This document shows positions 21,070 to 31,736 of a DNA stretch of 64,000 bases, piece after piece. The first letter of the stretch is position 1. The number at the start of each line of letters is the position of its first letter. The position numbers and the translations under genes were made by a program. The notes beneath the pieces are model-generated. The model was given only the letters and a program-made list of their open reading frames with translations. It was not told the DNA's origin and did no database searches. The DNA is from Amoebophrya sp. A120 (taxonomy: Eukaryota > Protista > Dinoflagellata). The DNA lies in NCBI GenBank assembly GCA_905178155.1, contig CAJINV010000021.1, positions 912,449 through 976,448 on the forward strand. The letters run 5' to 3'.

Positions 21070-24000
21070 TTAGTGGTGCTCGTCCCCCGGATCGTCATTT
21101 TTCAAAACCGCCACCTCAGCCGCAGAATTAGTACTATTCCCGAACAACTCATCGACGGTAGGCTTCGCGCCGGGCCGCGCCGGGAACGTGTCCGCGTGAC
21201 CCTCCACCAGCACCGGCGGAGAAAGCAACGCCGCCCCCGCGAGTGGCGGGTCCTGGGTAGTACTAAGGAGACCGGAGTTTAGCGGCGAGTAGCCGAATTT
21301 CTGCAACATGGCGGACAGAACCAATCGCAGCTCGCTCGGATTTTCGACCCGGTATCGCGCTAGCGTCTTGCCTTGGCCCACCTGAAATGAAGAGATTTTT
21401 TCGGCATGATAGACACCCATTGAATTTTTTTGCGGCAGGCTTTTGGTTGTCGAAATATAAATAAATGCAAGACGGTAATAAATTTACGATAGGAAATCGA
21501 TATATTCTTTTTTGGAGGGAGTGTTTATTTCTGCGAAGATAATCTCTTTACACTTGACTGCCTCAGCTATATATAATTCGAGGAAATGGAAACCCATAGA
21601 AAGGGAAAGCTACACGTCAAACGTCCTTTCACCGTACCTTGATCGACAAGAGGTGCGTTTTCCGGGAGAACAGGGCCTCGTCGTCCGCTATGAAATGCAA
21701 AAGCATCGTACTAGTATAAATCGCATGACAAATTTCCTCAGCATTAGAAATAAAATTTGCAATGCAGGTTTGCCTTAGGAAAGAGATTTGTAATGCATGA
21801 CTGCGATGACTACGAGTACGATACTTTTGCACAGGATATCCGCCAGAGCGAACATGGTCTCGTCCGTGACGTTATGAATTGCAAAAGCATCGTACTAGTA
21901 GCAATTGCATGACAAATTAGCCCAGCAATACAAATTGAATTTGTAATGCTCATTCCCCTTGAGAAAAAGATTTGTCATGCATAAATGCGATTACTACGAG
22001 TACGATACTTTTGCAATGCATATACGTCGTCCCCAGCGCAGAAGACCAGCGTGCGGCAGGACTCCCCGAACTCGTGCAGGAACCGTAAAATCAGGTCCCG
22101 CATTGCCCCGCCCTTAGTCGGGCCCTGCGGCCCGAAGACCTCGATCATCTTGTTGCCCCGCGAAACCCGCGCCATGGGGTACTGGAGGGAAAACTCCAGC
22201 AGTTGCAGCAACTGGTCCACGCCCTCCTGCCCCTCCTCCGGCCGGCACGCGCGGTAGTGCCAGACCAGGGATTTGTATGACTGTGCAAAACTGCCCCTCC
22301 CCCTCATTTGTATGGCATGGACAGCAATACAAGCGTCAGCAAGAATGCAGGTTTTGCATGACAAATCTGTGCAGGAGTGCAGTGCTATTTGGACGGCCAC
22401 AACTTGTGATGCAAACAGTGCTTCAAGGCTTAGCGTGAATTTGGTAATTCGCATCACAAATGAGGGGGAGGGAGAGTTGTGCACTGTCATAACTTGGTCT
22501 TTTCCTCCACAAAGGATCCGTGCACGTTCGCGAGCTTTTATCACAAGAACAAGTGTTAACGTTAATACAGTTTTTCTTTTTCACAGATTGCAGCCATGCG
22601 TCACAAATTTAGCATAGTATGCATGCTATGCATGACAAATTTGGGCACGCTTTGTGATGCCTTGCCGCATCACAAATTTCATAAACGTTAACATTTTTTC
22701 CTGTGATAGCTTTTTCATCTCGTTCATCACCGCCGACCGCCAGTCCTGCTGGTGGTCAAAAAGTTGCGACGAGGTATATCCTGTGCAAAAGTATCGTACT
22801 CGTATAATCTTGCATATACAAATCTTGTTCCTAAGGCAAATCTACATTACAAATTTCATTTCTCATGCTGAGGAAATTTGGAATGCATTTATACGAGTAC
22901 GATACTTTTGCAATGCATAAGGCACTGCCACTGGTCATTTCTTGCTGTGAAGATGATACTACAGCTGGCCCTCCGCCGGGTGCATTCGTGGAAGAGGAGC
23001 CCAGCATCGTCGTGGTGGACAACATCGACCCGCTCGTGGTCCCACCGCCCGAGGGCGAGGGAATTTGCTGCTGCAGGTGCTGCATCGAAGAAGTTGCTGC
23101 TCCGGAAGCTGCAACTGTGTTTTGTGTCGTGCCCGCACCAGCACCACCAGAGGCGGTCGAAATAGCATTACTGCCCATAGCTGTGGTAGTACTGGTGTGC
23201 AGGTTCAACCCGCCGGATGCCGGCGAGGGAGAGTTCATCGTCCCGAGCGATGTCGCATGGTCCGTCGCGGTGGAGACTTGGCTCAGTGTCGGCACGAGCA
23301 AGTTGGTACTACTACTTCCACCGCTGGCTCCTGCTGCACCAACTACCGCGCCAGTCGTCGTGCCAAGCAGGTTCAAATTATCCAGCAGCGCGTCGGCGGC
23401 CATCGTTGGGCCGCCGCCAGTCGCCATGGACGAGGTGACGTCGCTGAAGCTGGTGCCCTAGTATCCCGTGCAAATCAAGCATCGCACTTAGTAGAAATCG
23501 CATGACAAACTCCTTCATAGCAACATCACAAATTGACTTTGTAAAAATGCGGGTTCACCTTAGGCTTAGCCTTCGGAATGAGATTTGTGTTGCACAATTG
23601 AAATTGTGTTGCGCGATTGCAGACTTGTGTTGCACGATTGCCATACAAGTGCGATACTTTTGCAATCCATATACCCCCGCCGGTCGAGGTCGTCCCCGCG
23701 ATGGTCCACTCGGTTTCGTATGCATGGCGGATCTGGTAACCGTGTTCCGCAACTAGCGTGAGGCCCTGGTGCTGCTTCCCCATGTAGTTATCCAAAAACC
23801 CGGCGTCGCGCCCGCTGATGATGACCACCTTCAACTTTTCTTTCAGCGAATGCGAAAGTAAATGCAGCAGGTTATTCAAGTTGTCCGTCGGGACCGCCGC
23901 GACCGGGTCGTCCTCAAACTCTCGCAACGTCCCGTCGTAATCTAAGAACATCAAAATTTTGTCGTAGTTCGCAAGCTTCAGGCATTTCTGTGGCGTGGTC

Positions 24001-26388
24001 GAGGGCATCAACATCGAGGAAGTAGAAGGTCCTCCTGCGTTTAATATCTCTTTTTCTTCCTGCTGCAGCAAAGATGGTGGTGGTGATGATGAAACTTGCT
24101 GAATCAGCGTCCCCGTCGTGCTGTGCTGCGAAGTGCTGGTCTTCGAGGAGGCCATATTTTTGTGATGGTTTGACGCAAAAGTCTCTTGATGCTCCAGGTG
24201 GATGTTTCCATCTTTCTTGTTCCCCTGTTCAACCTCGTGCTGCTGGTCCTCATGCGCCATGTCTTGGTCTACGCTTGCAGCAGGCACTGTTCTTCCTGGA
24301 TTACTAGGCTCCTGCGTAAGAGTACCAGCACTAGCACCAGCATCTTCTCCAAGAGAAGTTCTTTTTGTTATATTGCTAGTACACAGTGGCGACTGCAGTG
24401 CGAGACCGCCTCCGAGGATCACATTCCCGGCAGCGACATCCATGTTGACGGCCTCCTTCGTGATGACCTCGCCATCCTTATTTGGATTTGCAGCTCCACC
24501 TGGAAGATTTGTTTCTCCTCCTGCTCCGAGTGGAGGTCCGCCAGATGGTGTGGCCGGTCGTGGGGGGACGTGAGTTACACCAGCGCCGTCGTGGTCGACG
24601 ACCAACGGTTTATTATTTTTCCTTGTGGGAGGATCGTATTGCAGGAGCTTCGGAGTGGTCCCAGTCATTTCGCTTGTTGCTCCTTCGCCCTCGGAAGCTG
24701 CTTGTCCTCTTCGGAAAAGAACATCATCATCATGGTGCTGGTGGTCTTCAGGATCAACTTCAACTGGATTCATTCCAGCATCGGGCACCACATCCACCTC
24801 GTCGTCATGATCGACATCACCTTGCGGTGGCAAACTGCTCCCTCCCGGACTAGTTGGCGCACCGCTGCCCCGAAATTGGTGCCGGTGCTCCCAATGGATC
24901 GGAAACAGCGCATCGAAGTCGACGACGTGCTCTACCAGATCTGACGTAACGAGCGGCACAATCCCGGCCAGCGCACTTTCGGTTGGCGCAACGCGGACGA
25001 GGCAGGGAGATGGTGAACGCGTACGGTCGGAGCCTGTACGGATAGAATAATTGATTTTCATTTTTCAATAGACTTGCGCTGTGGACTGTAATGTTTATGT
25101 ATGGCCCAAAAAAATGTTCGTACAACGCGCACTGATCATTGAAATAGTACAACCGCGTAGAAAGAAGAGAACAACAACCTGCTCACACCGAAAAAAAAAA
25201 GTTCGAGTTTTTATAACTAAGTTACCTCCCCCTCCCCCACTCGCGGAGTGATCTTCAGATCCCCGCTATGAGAGTGCACAACTCCCCCTCCCCCTCCTTT
25301 GTAATGCAACATACCAAGAAGCGAGCCCACCCTTTGCCTCTTGGCACTTTTTGCATGACTAGTTCGGGCAGGAGCCCAAAAAGCACTACACTCCTGTGCA
25401 AATTTGTGATGCAAAATCTGCATTCTCGATGACGCTTGTAATTGCCGTTCTTCGTGCTATACAAATGAGGGGGAGGCGGGGGAGTTGTGCACTGTCATAC
25501 CCGCTCGAGCGTCCGCGTTAGCATCCCGGTCACGTGACTGACGGCCCGACTCGGCGACTGCGACGGCGTCGGTAGCGCCACTACCGGAGTCGGCATAGCC
25601 ATCGCCCCGGCGAACAGATCGACGCAGTGTGGCTCGCTGTCCCGCATAGAAGTGCAACTCGTCCCGTCGAGAAGCGGCACCGCCTGCGCGCCCGGCGTAC
25701 TGCTCAGTTGCGCAGCCAGCCCCCCGGTCGCCATGGACGTAGGTTGTAGGTGGACTTGGGAAGTAGAAGAAATAAACTGGTGGTCGATATTACTAAACAT
25801 CGGGGGACCGCCAGCACCTCCTGCTACTGCTCCGCCAGCGGCTGAAGACGGGATCTGATAGTTGTGATGCTGTTGCTCAAAATGAAGCATGTTGCCTGTC
25901 GCGTCGAACTTCTTCAGCTGGTGTTCAAGCAGTATGAGAGTGCACAATTCTTTTCCCCTCATTTGTCATGCAAAACCCCAAATTCAAGCGCTTCCCACCT
26001 CTGGCACTGTTTGCATGACAGGTTCGGGAGGGAGCTGCCCAATAAACACTACTAAGTACACTGGAAGTGCATGAGTTTGTCATGCACAGGCTTCACGTGT
26101 GGTCGTGGTGTTTGTAATTGTATTGCTGTTCATGCAATATTACAAATGAGGGGGAAGTAGGTTCTTGTGCACTTTCGTAAGCAGCATGCCGGAACCAGAT
26201 GCGTTGTTCCAGGTGGACGAGAGCCCGGATGGGTCGTCTTCGTCCACCGAAAGCCCGCTGAGCGAGCCCGGTGAGTCGTCGACCGGCAACTCGATCCCGC
26301 CAATACAGAAGTCACCCTCTTCCTCAAAGAACTGGAGTTCCTCGGAGGCCGAGCGCCGCTCCGACGGTAAAATGGCTGCGGCCGCCAT
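21070..26388 (-). CDS. Trehalose-6-phosphate phosphatase (HAD-IIB) with long low-complexity N-terminus; 11 exons
   Basis: MFLDYDGTL, VVIISGRD, LVAEHG, GSFVEEKTK|SLVWHYR, GNKMIEV, TKGGA, FCAGDDV|TDETMF, SIK|VG..TLARYRV; 8 element introns plus GT-AG introns 21382-21637 and 25034-25225. Confidence 0.88.
21689..21838. mobile_element. Introner element, family B
   Basis: Perfect direct repeat tccgc. Confidence 0.92.
21873..22022. mobile_element. Introner element, family B
   Basis: Direct repeat gacgt/tacgt; splits the HAD motif GDDVTD. Confidence 0.92.
22276..22491. mobile_element. Introner element, family A
   Basis: Direct repeat atttg/acttg. Confidence 0.9.
22539..22708. mobile_element. Introner element, family H (TIR tatcacaggaaaaaa.tgttaacgtt)
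   Basis: Perfect direct repeat gcttt. Confidence 0.88.
22777..22919. mobile_element. Introner element, family B
   Basis: Direct repeat aggta/aggca. Confidence 0.9.
23462..23671. mobile_element. Introner element, family B, direct repeat decayed
   Basis: tatcccgtgcaaa...gcgatacttttgcaatccata; flanks not a clean repeat; junction approximate. Confidence 0.75.
25267..25499. mobile_element. Introner element, family A
   Basis: Perfect direct repeat cccgc. Confidence 0.92.
25933..26179. mobile_element. Introner element, family A
   Basis: Perfect direct repeat agcag; right end is gta instead of ata. Confidence 0.88.
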
Positions 26389-27784
26389 GATCGATTTAAA
26401 TTTTCCTTTATGAATTAGAGAACAATCCTCGTCGTCACGTCTGGACCTGACGCTGTTGTCGCGTAGAAGTGCAGCTTCCTGCTGGGGCCTGCTGTAGTGC
26501 TAGAGAGAAGTCGGCTCTTCTCCGGCAACTTGACCTACTTCCGCGGCTACTTGTTGTTAGGGTCTTGTACAGTTTGAGCGTGAAACAGAACCGGGGAGGT
26601 CAACTTGAAGATGACCGAACGTGCTGCAATAGTACTTACAACCATGCGGGGGAGGGGTTCAAGATCAACATCAAGATGTCCGACCGTGCTGCGATGGTAG
26701 GAGGTCCCCTGAGTTGCCAAGTCAGGAGACACCGCGGTCGTGGCAGCAGATGGATCTCCACCCTTGCAGCTTCACGACTACAAGCTCCCGCAGTATAGTG
26801 TTGCCCCCAGATGAACAAGTAGCCCCCTGCACCTGCTGCGCCACCTCAACGCGACGTACTTGAGTCGACGTAACCTCCGACATTTTTATGCCTCGACTCA
26901 AAAAAATATTCAGCATAGTCCTAATCCTTCTTGCTTCTCCTTAATTTGTTGGCTTTTAATGATGTGGCTGATGTGGAAAACGAAAAACGAGAATAAACAA
27001 CATAAGGCTGATATTATTCCTGTGGCGCGTAGCTTTCTAATTCGAATTCGTGTGGAAGTAGTCAGGCATAGTGATAGTGATTTGCTTTCTCAGTACCTAC
27101 TTGAAACCTTTGTCCAGTGTACTAGTACACAGCGACGGCGCTGCTGAGGCTCAACCTGAGACGGAGACTTAAAGATACACCAAGAACAAAGGAAACAACC
27201 TCCAATGAATTTCCTGGCACTGCAGGTAAAGAGCGAAAGAATATCTGCTGCTACGTCTTACCAATTTTGATTTTCGTTAATTTTCGTACTGTGTTGAATC
27301 GTCTCATGGCTTTGTATTTTTTCGGAGTGCGAGTGACAGGTGTGTTGACTCAGCGTTTCCATAATGCGCCTTCTATTGCTTTTGCAGCACGCACCTGCTG
27401 GCGCTGGATATTTATACAATCAGCCCGTGTGTAAGCTCAAGATAGCAGTACAGGTACACTCATGCAAAATTTTAGTATGTAACATCATTCATCATTATAA
27501 CTGCGTTCTACTGCCCTCTGACGGCTTTGATAGATTTAGTACATAGAATGTGTGAATGTGATGTGGTCGCTAGAAGCGCACCTCTCTTGTATTAAACTGT
27601 ATTTGATTTTGACGTGACACAATTCTACACTTGTTCAGCATCAGCACGTCCGTGTTTCTTGTCGGTTATCATTGCTAGTACCTGGGATGAATAATCAAAT
27701 GAATCCACGAAACAGACCTCGTAGACACAAAGAAACGAGAAATAAGACGCTGCTGCGTCATTAAGACCTGTAAACAATTTAAAC

Positions 27785-30700
27785 TCACGCCGCGATCAAC
27801 GCACTCGTCGGGTTTTGCGCCACTTGGGGTTGGTAAATCCGTCTTCGCGACTCCAGCGCCTGCTCCCTGGCCTTGATTTTGCGTTTCTTCTCACGAATGC
27901 CGCCAAAAAGTTGTTGTGTCACGGGAAAATGATGATCCATGTGCAATTCTTGCAAATGCAATGCAAGCGTCACGGCACGATATTATGAATGTACAACTTC
28001 CACTTACTACAACAACTTTTTCCGATGCATATCGCGGATGCACACCTGAAACACGTCTCGGATCTCTCGCAGCCGCACAAGCGTCTTCGATGCGCTCGCG
28101 ATCAGTTTGTCCATCTCCTTCAGCGCCACTTGCAGCGTTTCTTGCTCTTCCGTCAAGAGTATAAGAGTGCACAAGAACTCCCCCTTGTGGTCCCCCTCAT
28201 TTGTGATGTCTGAACTGCAACAGGCACGTCGGCAACCAAGAGTGCAGCTTTTTGCATGGCAATAAAGTAGAAGTGCTTTTGGGTGTCGACGGAGCGTGTC
28301 ATGAAAACAGTGTGTCTACTGGAGGGAACAACGGGTGAACTTGACTTTTTGCAGCATGACAAACAAGGTCATGGCGCGGGGACAGAGTCCCCGCGCTGCG
28401 ACCTTGCAGCGAAGAAGAGCCACCCGCGGTGGCTTTTCTTGCCCATGATGCGGCAGGATTTTTATTTTTTTTGCGACAGAACGGGATGGCCCTGCCGCCC
28501 GTGGAGCCGGCGCCCCCCCTGGAAAAGTGCGCCCTTTTCTGCCCCCCTCGGCGGGGCGCCCCCCCCCCAAAGGACTCCCCACGGCCAACCGAGGGCGCGG
28601 CCTTCCTGGGGGCTGTTCTCCCGAACCAAGGCGCGCGGACCTGTTCCTGCGCCCCTGGGCGGGGCGCCCCCCCCATAGGACTACTGCCGACCAACCGAGG
28701 GCGCGGACTTCCTGGAGGCTGTCCTCCCGAACCAGGGCGCGCGGACCGACCCGTTTCTGCCTGCACCCCCGGGCGGGGCGCCCCCCCCAAAGGACTACCC
28801 ACGACCAACCGAGGGCGCGGACTTCCTGGAGGCTGTCCGCCCGAACCAGGGCGCGCGGACCTGTTTCTGCGCCCCTGGGCGGGGCGCCCCCCCCAAAGGA
28901 CTAGTCACGACCAAGGGAGGACACGCCCTTCCTTGCCCCTGTTCTCCCAAACCCGGGCGCGCGGACCTGTTTCTGCGCCCCTTGGCGGGGCGCCCCCCCT
29001 CAAAGGACTACCCACGACCAAGGTAGGACGCGGCCTTCCCGGGGGCTGTTCTCCCGAACCAGGGCGCGCGGACCTGTTTCTGCGCCCCTGGGCGGGGCGC
29101 CCCCCCCAAAGGATTACCCAAGACGGACCAACCGAGGGCGTGGCCTTCCTTGCGCCTGTCCCGCCGAACCAGGGCGCGCGGACCTGTTTCTGCGCCCCTG
29201 GGCGGGGCGCCCCCCCAAAGGACTAGTCACGACCAAGGGAGGACGCGTCCTTCCTTGCCCCTGTTCTCCCAAACCCGGGCGCGCGGACCTGTTTCTGCGC
29301 CCCTTGGCGGGGCGCCCCGCCCAATGAATAGGCAACCAACCTTCGGCCCCCGGGGTCGGGCCTCACTCTTGAAAAGTGGCGCCCGGGGTCGGGTGTTTCT
29401 TTTCCGAAGTCAGTCGGGGGGCGCGTTTTGAGTTGTGCAGGAGGTTTTTTGCCAATTCAGGTCGTATTTGATACCCCAGAACACACCCCGAAACATACCC
29501 CAGAACACACCCCGAAACATACCCCAGAACACACCCCGAGACATACCATAGACCATACCCCGGGAGCCACTTTCCGACAGTCAGGCTCGGGGTCGGACCC
29601 GACTCTCGAAAAGTGAGGTCCGGGGTCGGACGTCGCTTTTCCGGAGTCCGGTGTGGGGTATGTTTTGGGGAGTGCAGGACGTTTTTGCCGATTCAGGTCG
29701 TGACTGATACCCCGGAACAGGGGTCGGAACATACCCCGGAACACCCCCCAAATGGACATTTTTGGGCAGTTGCTGCAGTTTAAATAGTAATCCGAAAGCT
29801 TGGCCGGGGTGTGTCCGAAAGTCTGCCCGGGGTGTGTCCGAAAGTCTGCCCGGGGTGTGTCCGGGGTGTGTCTGGGGTATGTTCGGACTTTTTGCCTGGG
29901 GTGTGTTCGGGGGTCTGTCTGGGGTATGTCTGGGGTGTGTCTGGGGTGTGTCTGGGGTGTGTCTGGGGTATGTTTATACCCCACCTTCTGCTTTTTCGCC
30001 AAAAATGTGTACTCAGGTCGTGATTGACTGCCATTTGCATACCCCTGACACACCCCCGAACATACCCCCGAACATACCCCTCGCATGCATTTTTGACCAG
30101 CTGCTGCAGTTTAGATAGTAATGAGGGCGCAGTCGTGGGGGAGTTCGACGTCGAGTTGTGCAATCTCATAAACAAGTTCTGGGTTTTTACTCGCGCCGCG
30201 GTGGTTTTCAGTACGGACTCCTCAAACTGGCGTAACCGCAGCGACTCGGTTTCTTCCGCGGCCAGCCTCGCTTCCTCGGCCGTGCGAAACACGTTCTTGA
30301 TTGGCAGGTGCGGCGAGAACGAGGGGATAACTTCTTCCAATTCGTCCTCATGTTCCTGACCGCTAGAGGTCAGCAACGTAATTGGTCTGCTGGGAACAAG
30401 CTGGTCGCGTGCTGTCGTGTTTTCACTGCGACCCTGCCCGTGGTCCATCGGGTCCTCGACCAGGAAGTCTACGTCGGCTACATCGACCGTGTGCTTGTTC
30501 TGGTTTGATGTCCCAGCCGGAGGAGCACTGCGAGTTGTACTAGTAGAAAAGCCGTTTTCGCCGCCCACACCACCATGTTGCGACGTACCGAAGAACATAC
30601 CTTCCGCGTCATTTTTGCCCGAAAACTCGTCCACCACAGACACGCGCGCGCCCCGAAACCGCGCGCCGAGCGACTGCGACGAGGCGGCCGGTGGCGCGGC

Positions 30701-31285
30701 ACCGCCGGCTCCAACAAAGAAGTTGTCCCTCGTGGTGCTGTTCTTCAGAATAGACCTTTTCACCGTATTAACTGCTGGCTGTTGCTGGGAGAAGTTCTTA
30801 TCAACGCGGTCCGGCTCCGGGTTGTGCTTAATACCACTAGTTCTCGTGCTTTGATCCATCTGCATGAGTTCGCCCGTTACTTTCACTTTGTCTTGATCAA
30901 GAGGTGGATCAATTGCGCTTGCCGCGGGGGAGGTTGAAGGGCTACCAGGCTGCTTGTTCTCCGTCGAACTGTCACTAATCGGCTCTGCTCTACCTGCAGT
31001 TCCTCCAAAAGGAGCGACACCGTGTTCTTCTCGATCAGTCGTTTCACCTCCAGCAGAGGCCTCTGCAAGAACTTCTTGATCTTGCCTGCCCGCACTTTTG
31101 GACTGTGTGCTGGGCGTGGATTGGACGCTGCTCCGCGAGGCAGAGGAGAGCGGCCTGGACGTCGACGCGGAGTCGCGCCTGCCGCTCTGTTGCTCCTGTC
31201 GGGACTGCCGTCGCAGAGAACTCCGGCGCGCAAACGTGGTGAGTGCCAGCGCGCGACTACCGCAATCGAGTGTCGCCGCAGGCAT
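27785..31285 (-). CDS. Hypothetical protein, low-complexity N-terminus and coiled-coil C-terminus; about 3 exons
   Basis: KTQN|LLTEEQETLQVALKEMDKLIASASKTLVRLREIRDVFQ...LFGGIREKKRKIKARE joins across the 2-kb element 28160-30170; start codon uncertain. Confidence 0.6.
27917..28031. mobile_element. Degenerate introner-like intron
   Basis: tgtcacgggaaaa...ttttccgatgcata; removal with 5 nt keeps frame, but the direct repeat is largely lost. Confidence 0.45.
28530..29320. repeat. GC-rich minisatellite, about 106-bp unit, about 7 copies
   Basis: gcgcgcggac anchor at 28631, 28737, 28851, 28957, 29064, 29174, 29279. Confidence 0.9.
29457..30119. repeat. Short C4/G4 tandem arrays in inverted arrangement with higher-order repeats
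   Basis: About 12-bp cccc(a/g)aaca(c/t)a units at 29470-29560, 11-bp ggggtgtgtct units at 29806-29972; tcaggtcgt anchor three times; gctgcagttta.atagtaat twice. Confidence 0.85.
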
Positions 31286-31736
31286 GCTGGCGCGGTTCAC
31301 CTGGTTGTCGTGGGGTGAGATTTCAGAAAAAGTATTTTCGCCTTTCGAAGTCAAAATCTGTGCTTCTCACGGCAGCTAAAGTAGTGTGTAACGCACAAAC
31401 AAACAAAAAATTGTTGCCACAGTGTTCTTGATACTTACTTCAGTTCAGACATCACAGGCTATACCTGGCCGACGCTCATCCGGCGCACCTCCTCCCCGAC
31501 GGCCGATGACGCTCGATTCCGATACGTGTTCGCGTCCGTCTCGCGATCGCCAGTTTGTCTTGGTGCCAGTGCCTCCGCAGTGACCAGGTACGGACCGCGA
31601 TGCTGAAAGACAGAAGTACGTATAAAAGATAGGTTTATCTTTATTTAAATTCAATATATCCATCGTATCGAGTTGTCTACTTGCTGCTGTTCATGGAGTT
31701 CTTCCAAGCATATTACAAGGCGCATGCAGGAGGAGC

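Larger units (their letters stand above)
28364..30119. mobile_element. Nested non-autonomous element with terminal hairpin and internal tandem arrays
   Basis: Starts with hairpin caaggtc-atg-gcgcggggac-aga-gtccccgcgc-tgc-gaccttg; inserted at an AA/TT site; no TIR or long target duplication. Confidence 0.55.
28160..30170. mobile_element. Family A introner expanded to 2 kb by a nested insertion
   Basis: Left tataagagtgcacaa, right gagttgtgcaatctcata; the family A junction gcatgacaa|atgaggg is split by the insert. Confidence 0.82.

Noticed and set aside
29806-29972. Telomeric repeat
   Set aside because: The 11-bp degenerate unit does not match TTTAGGG/TTAGGG types and lies inside an intron
28299-30118. 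P/G/R-rich ORFs across the tandem arrays
   Set aside because: Stop-poor repeat DNA inside an intron; open in several frames on both strands
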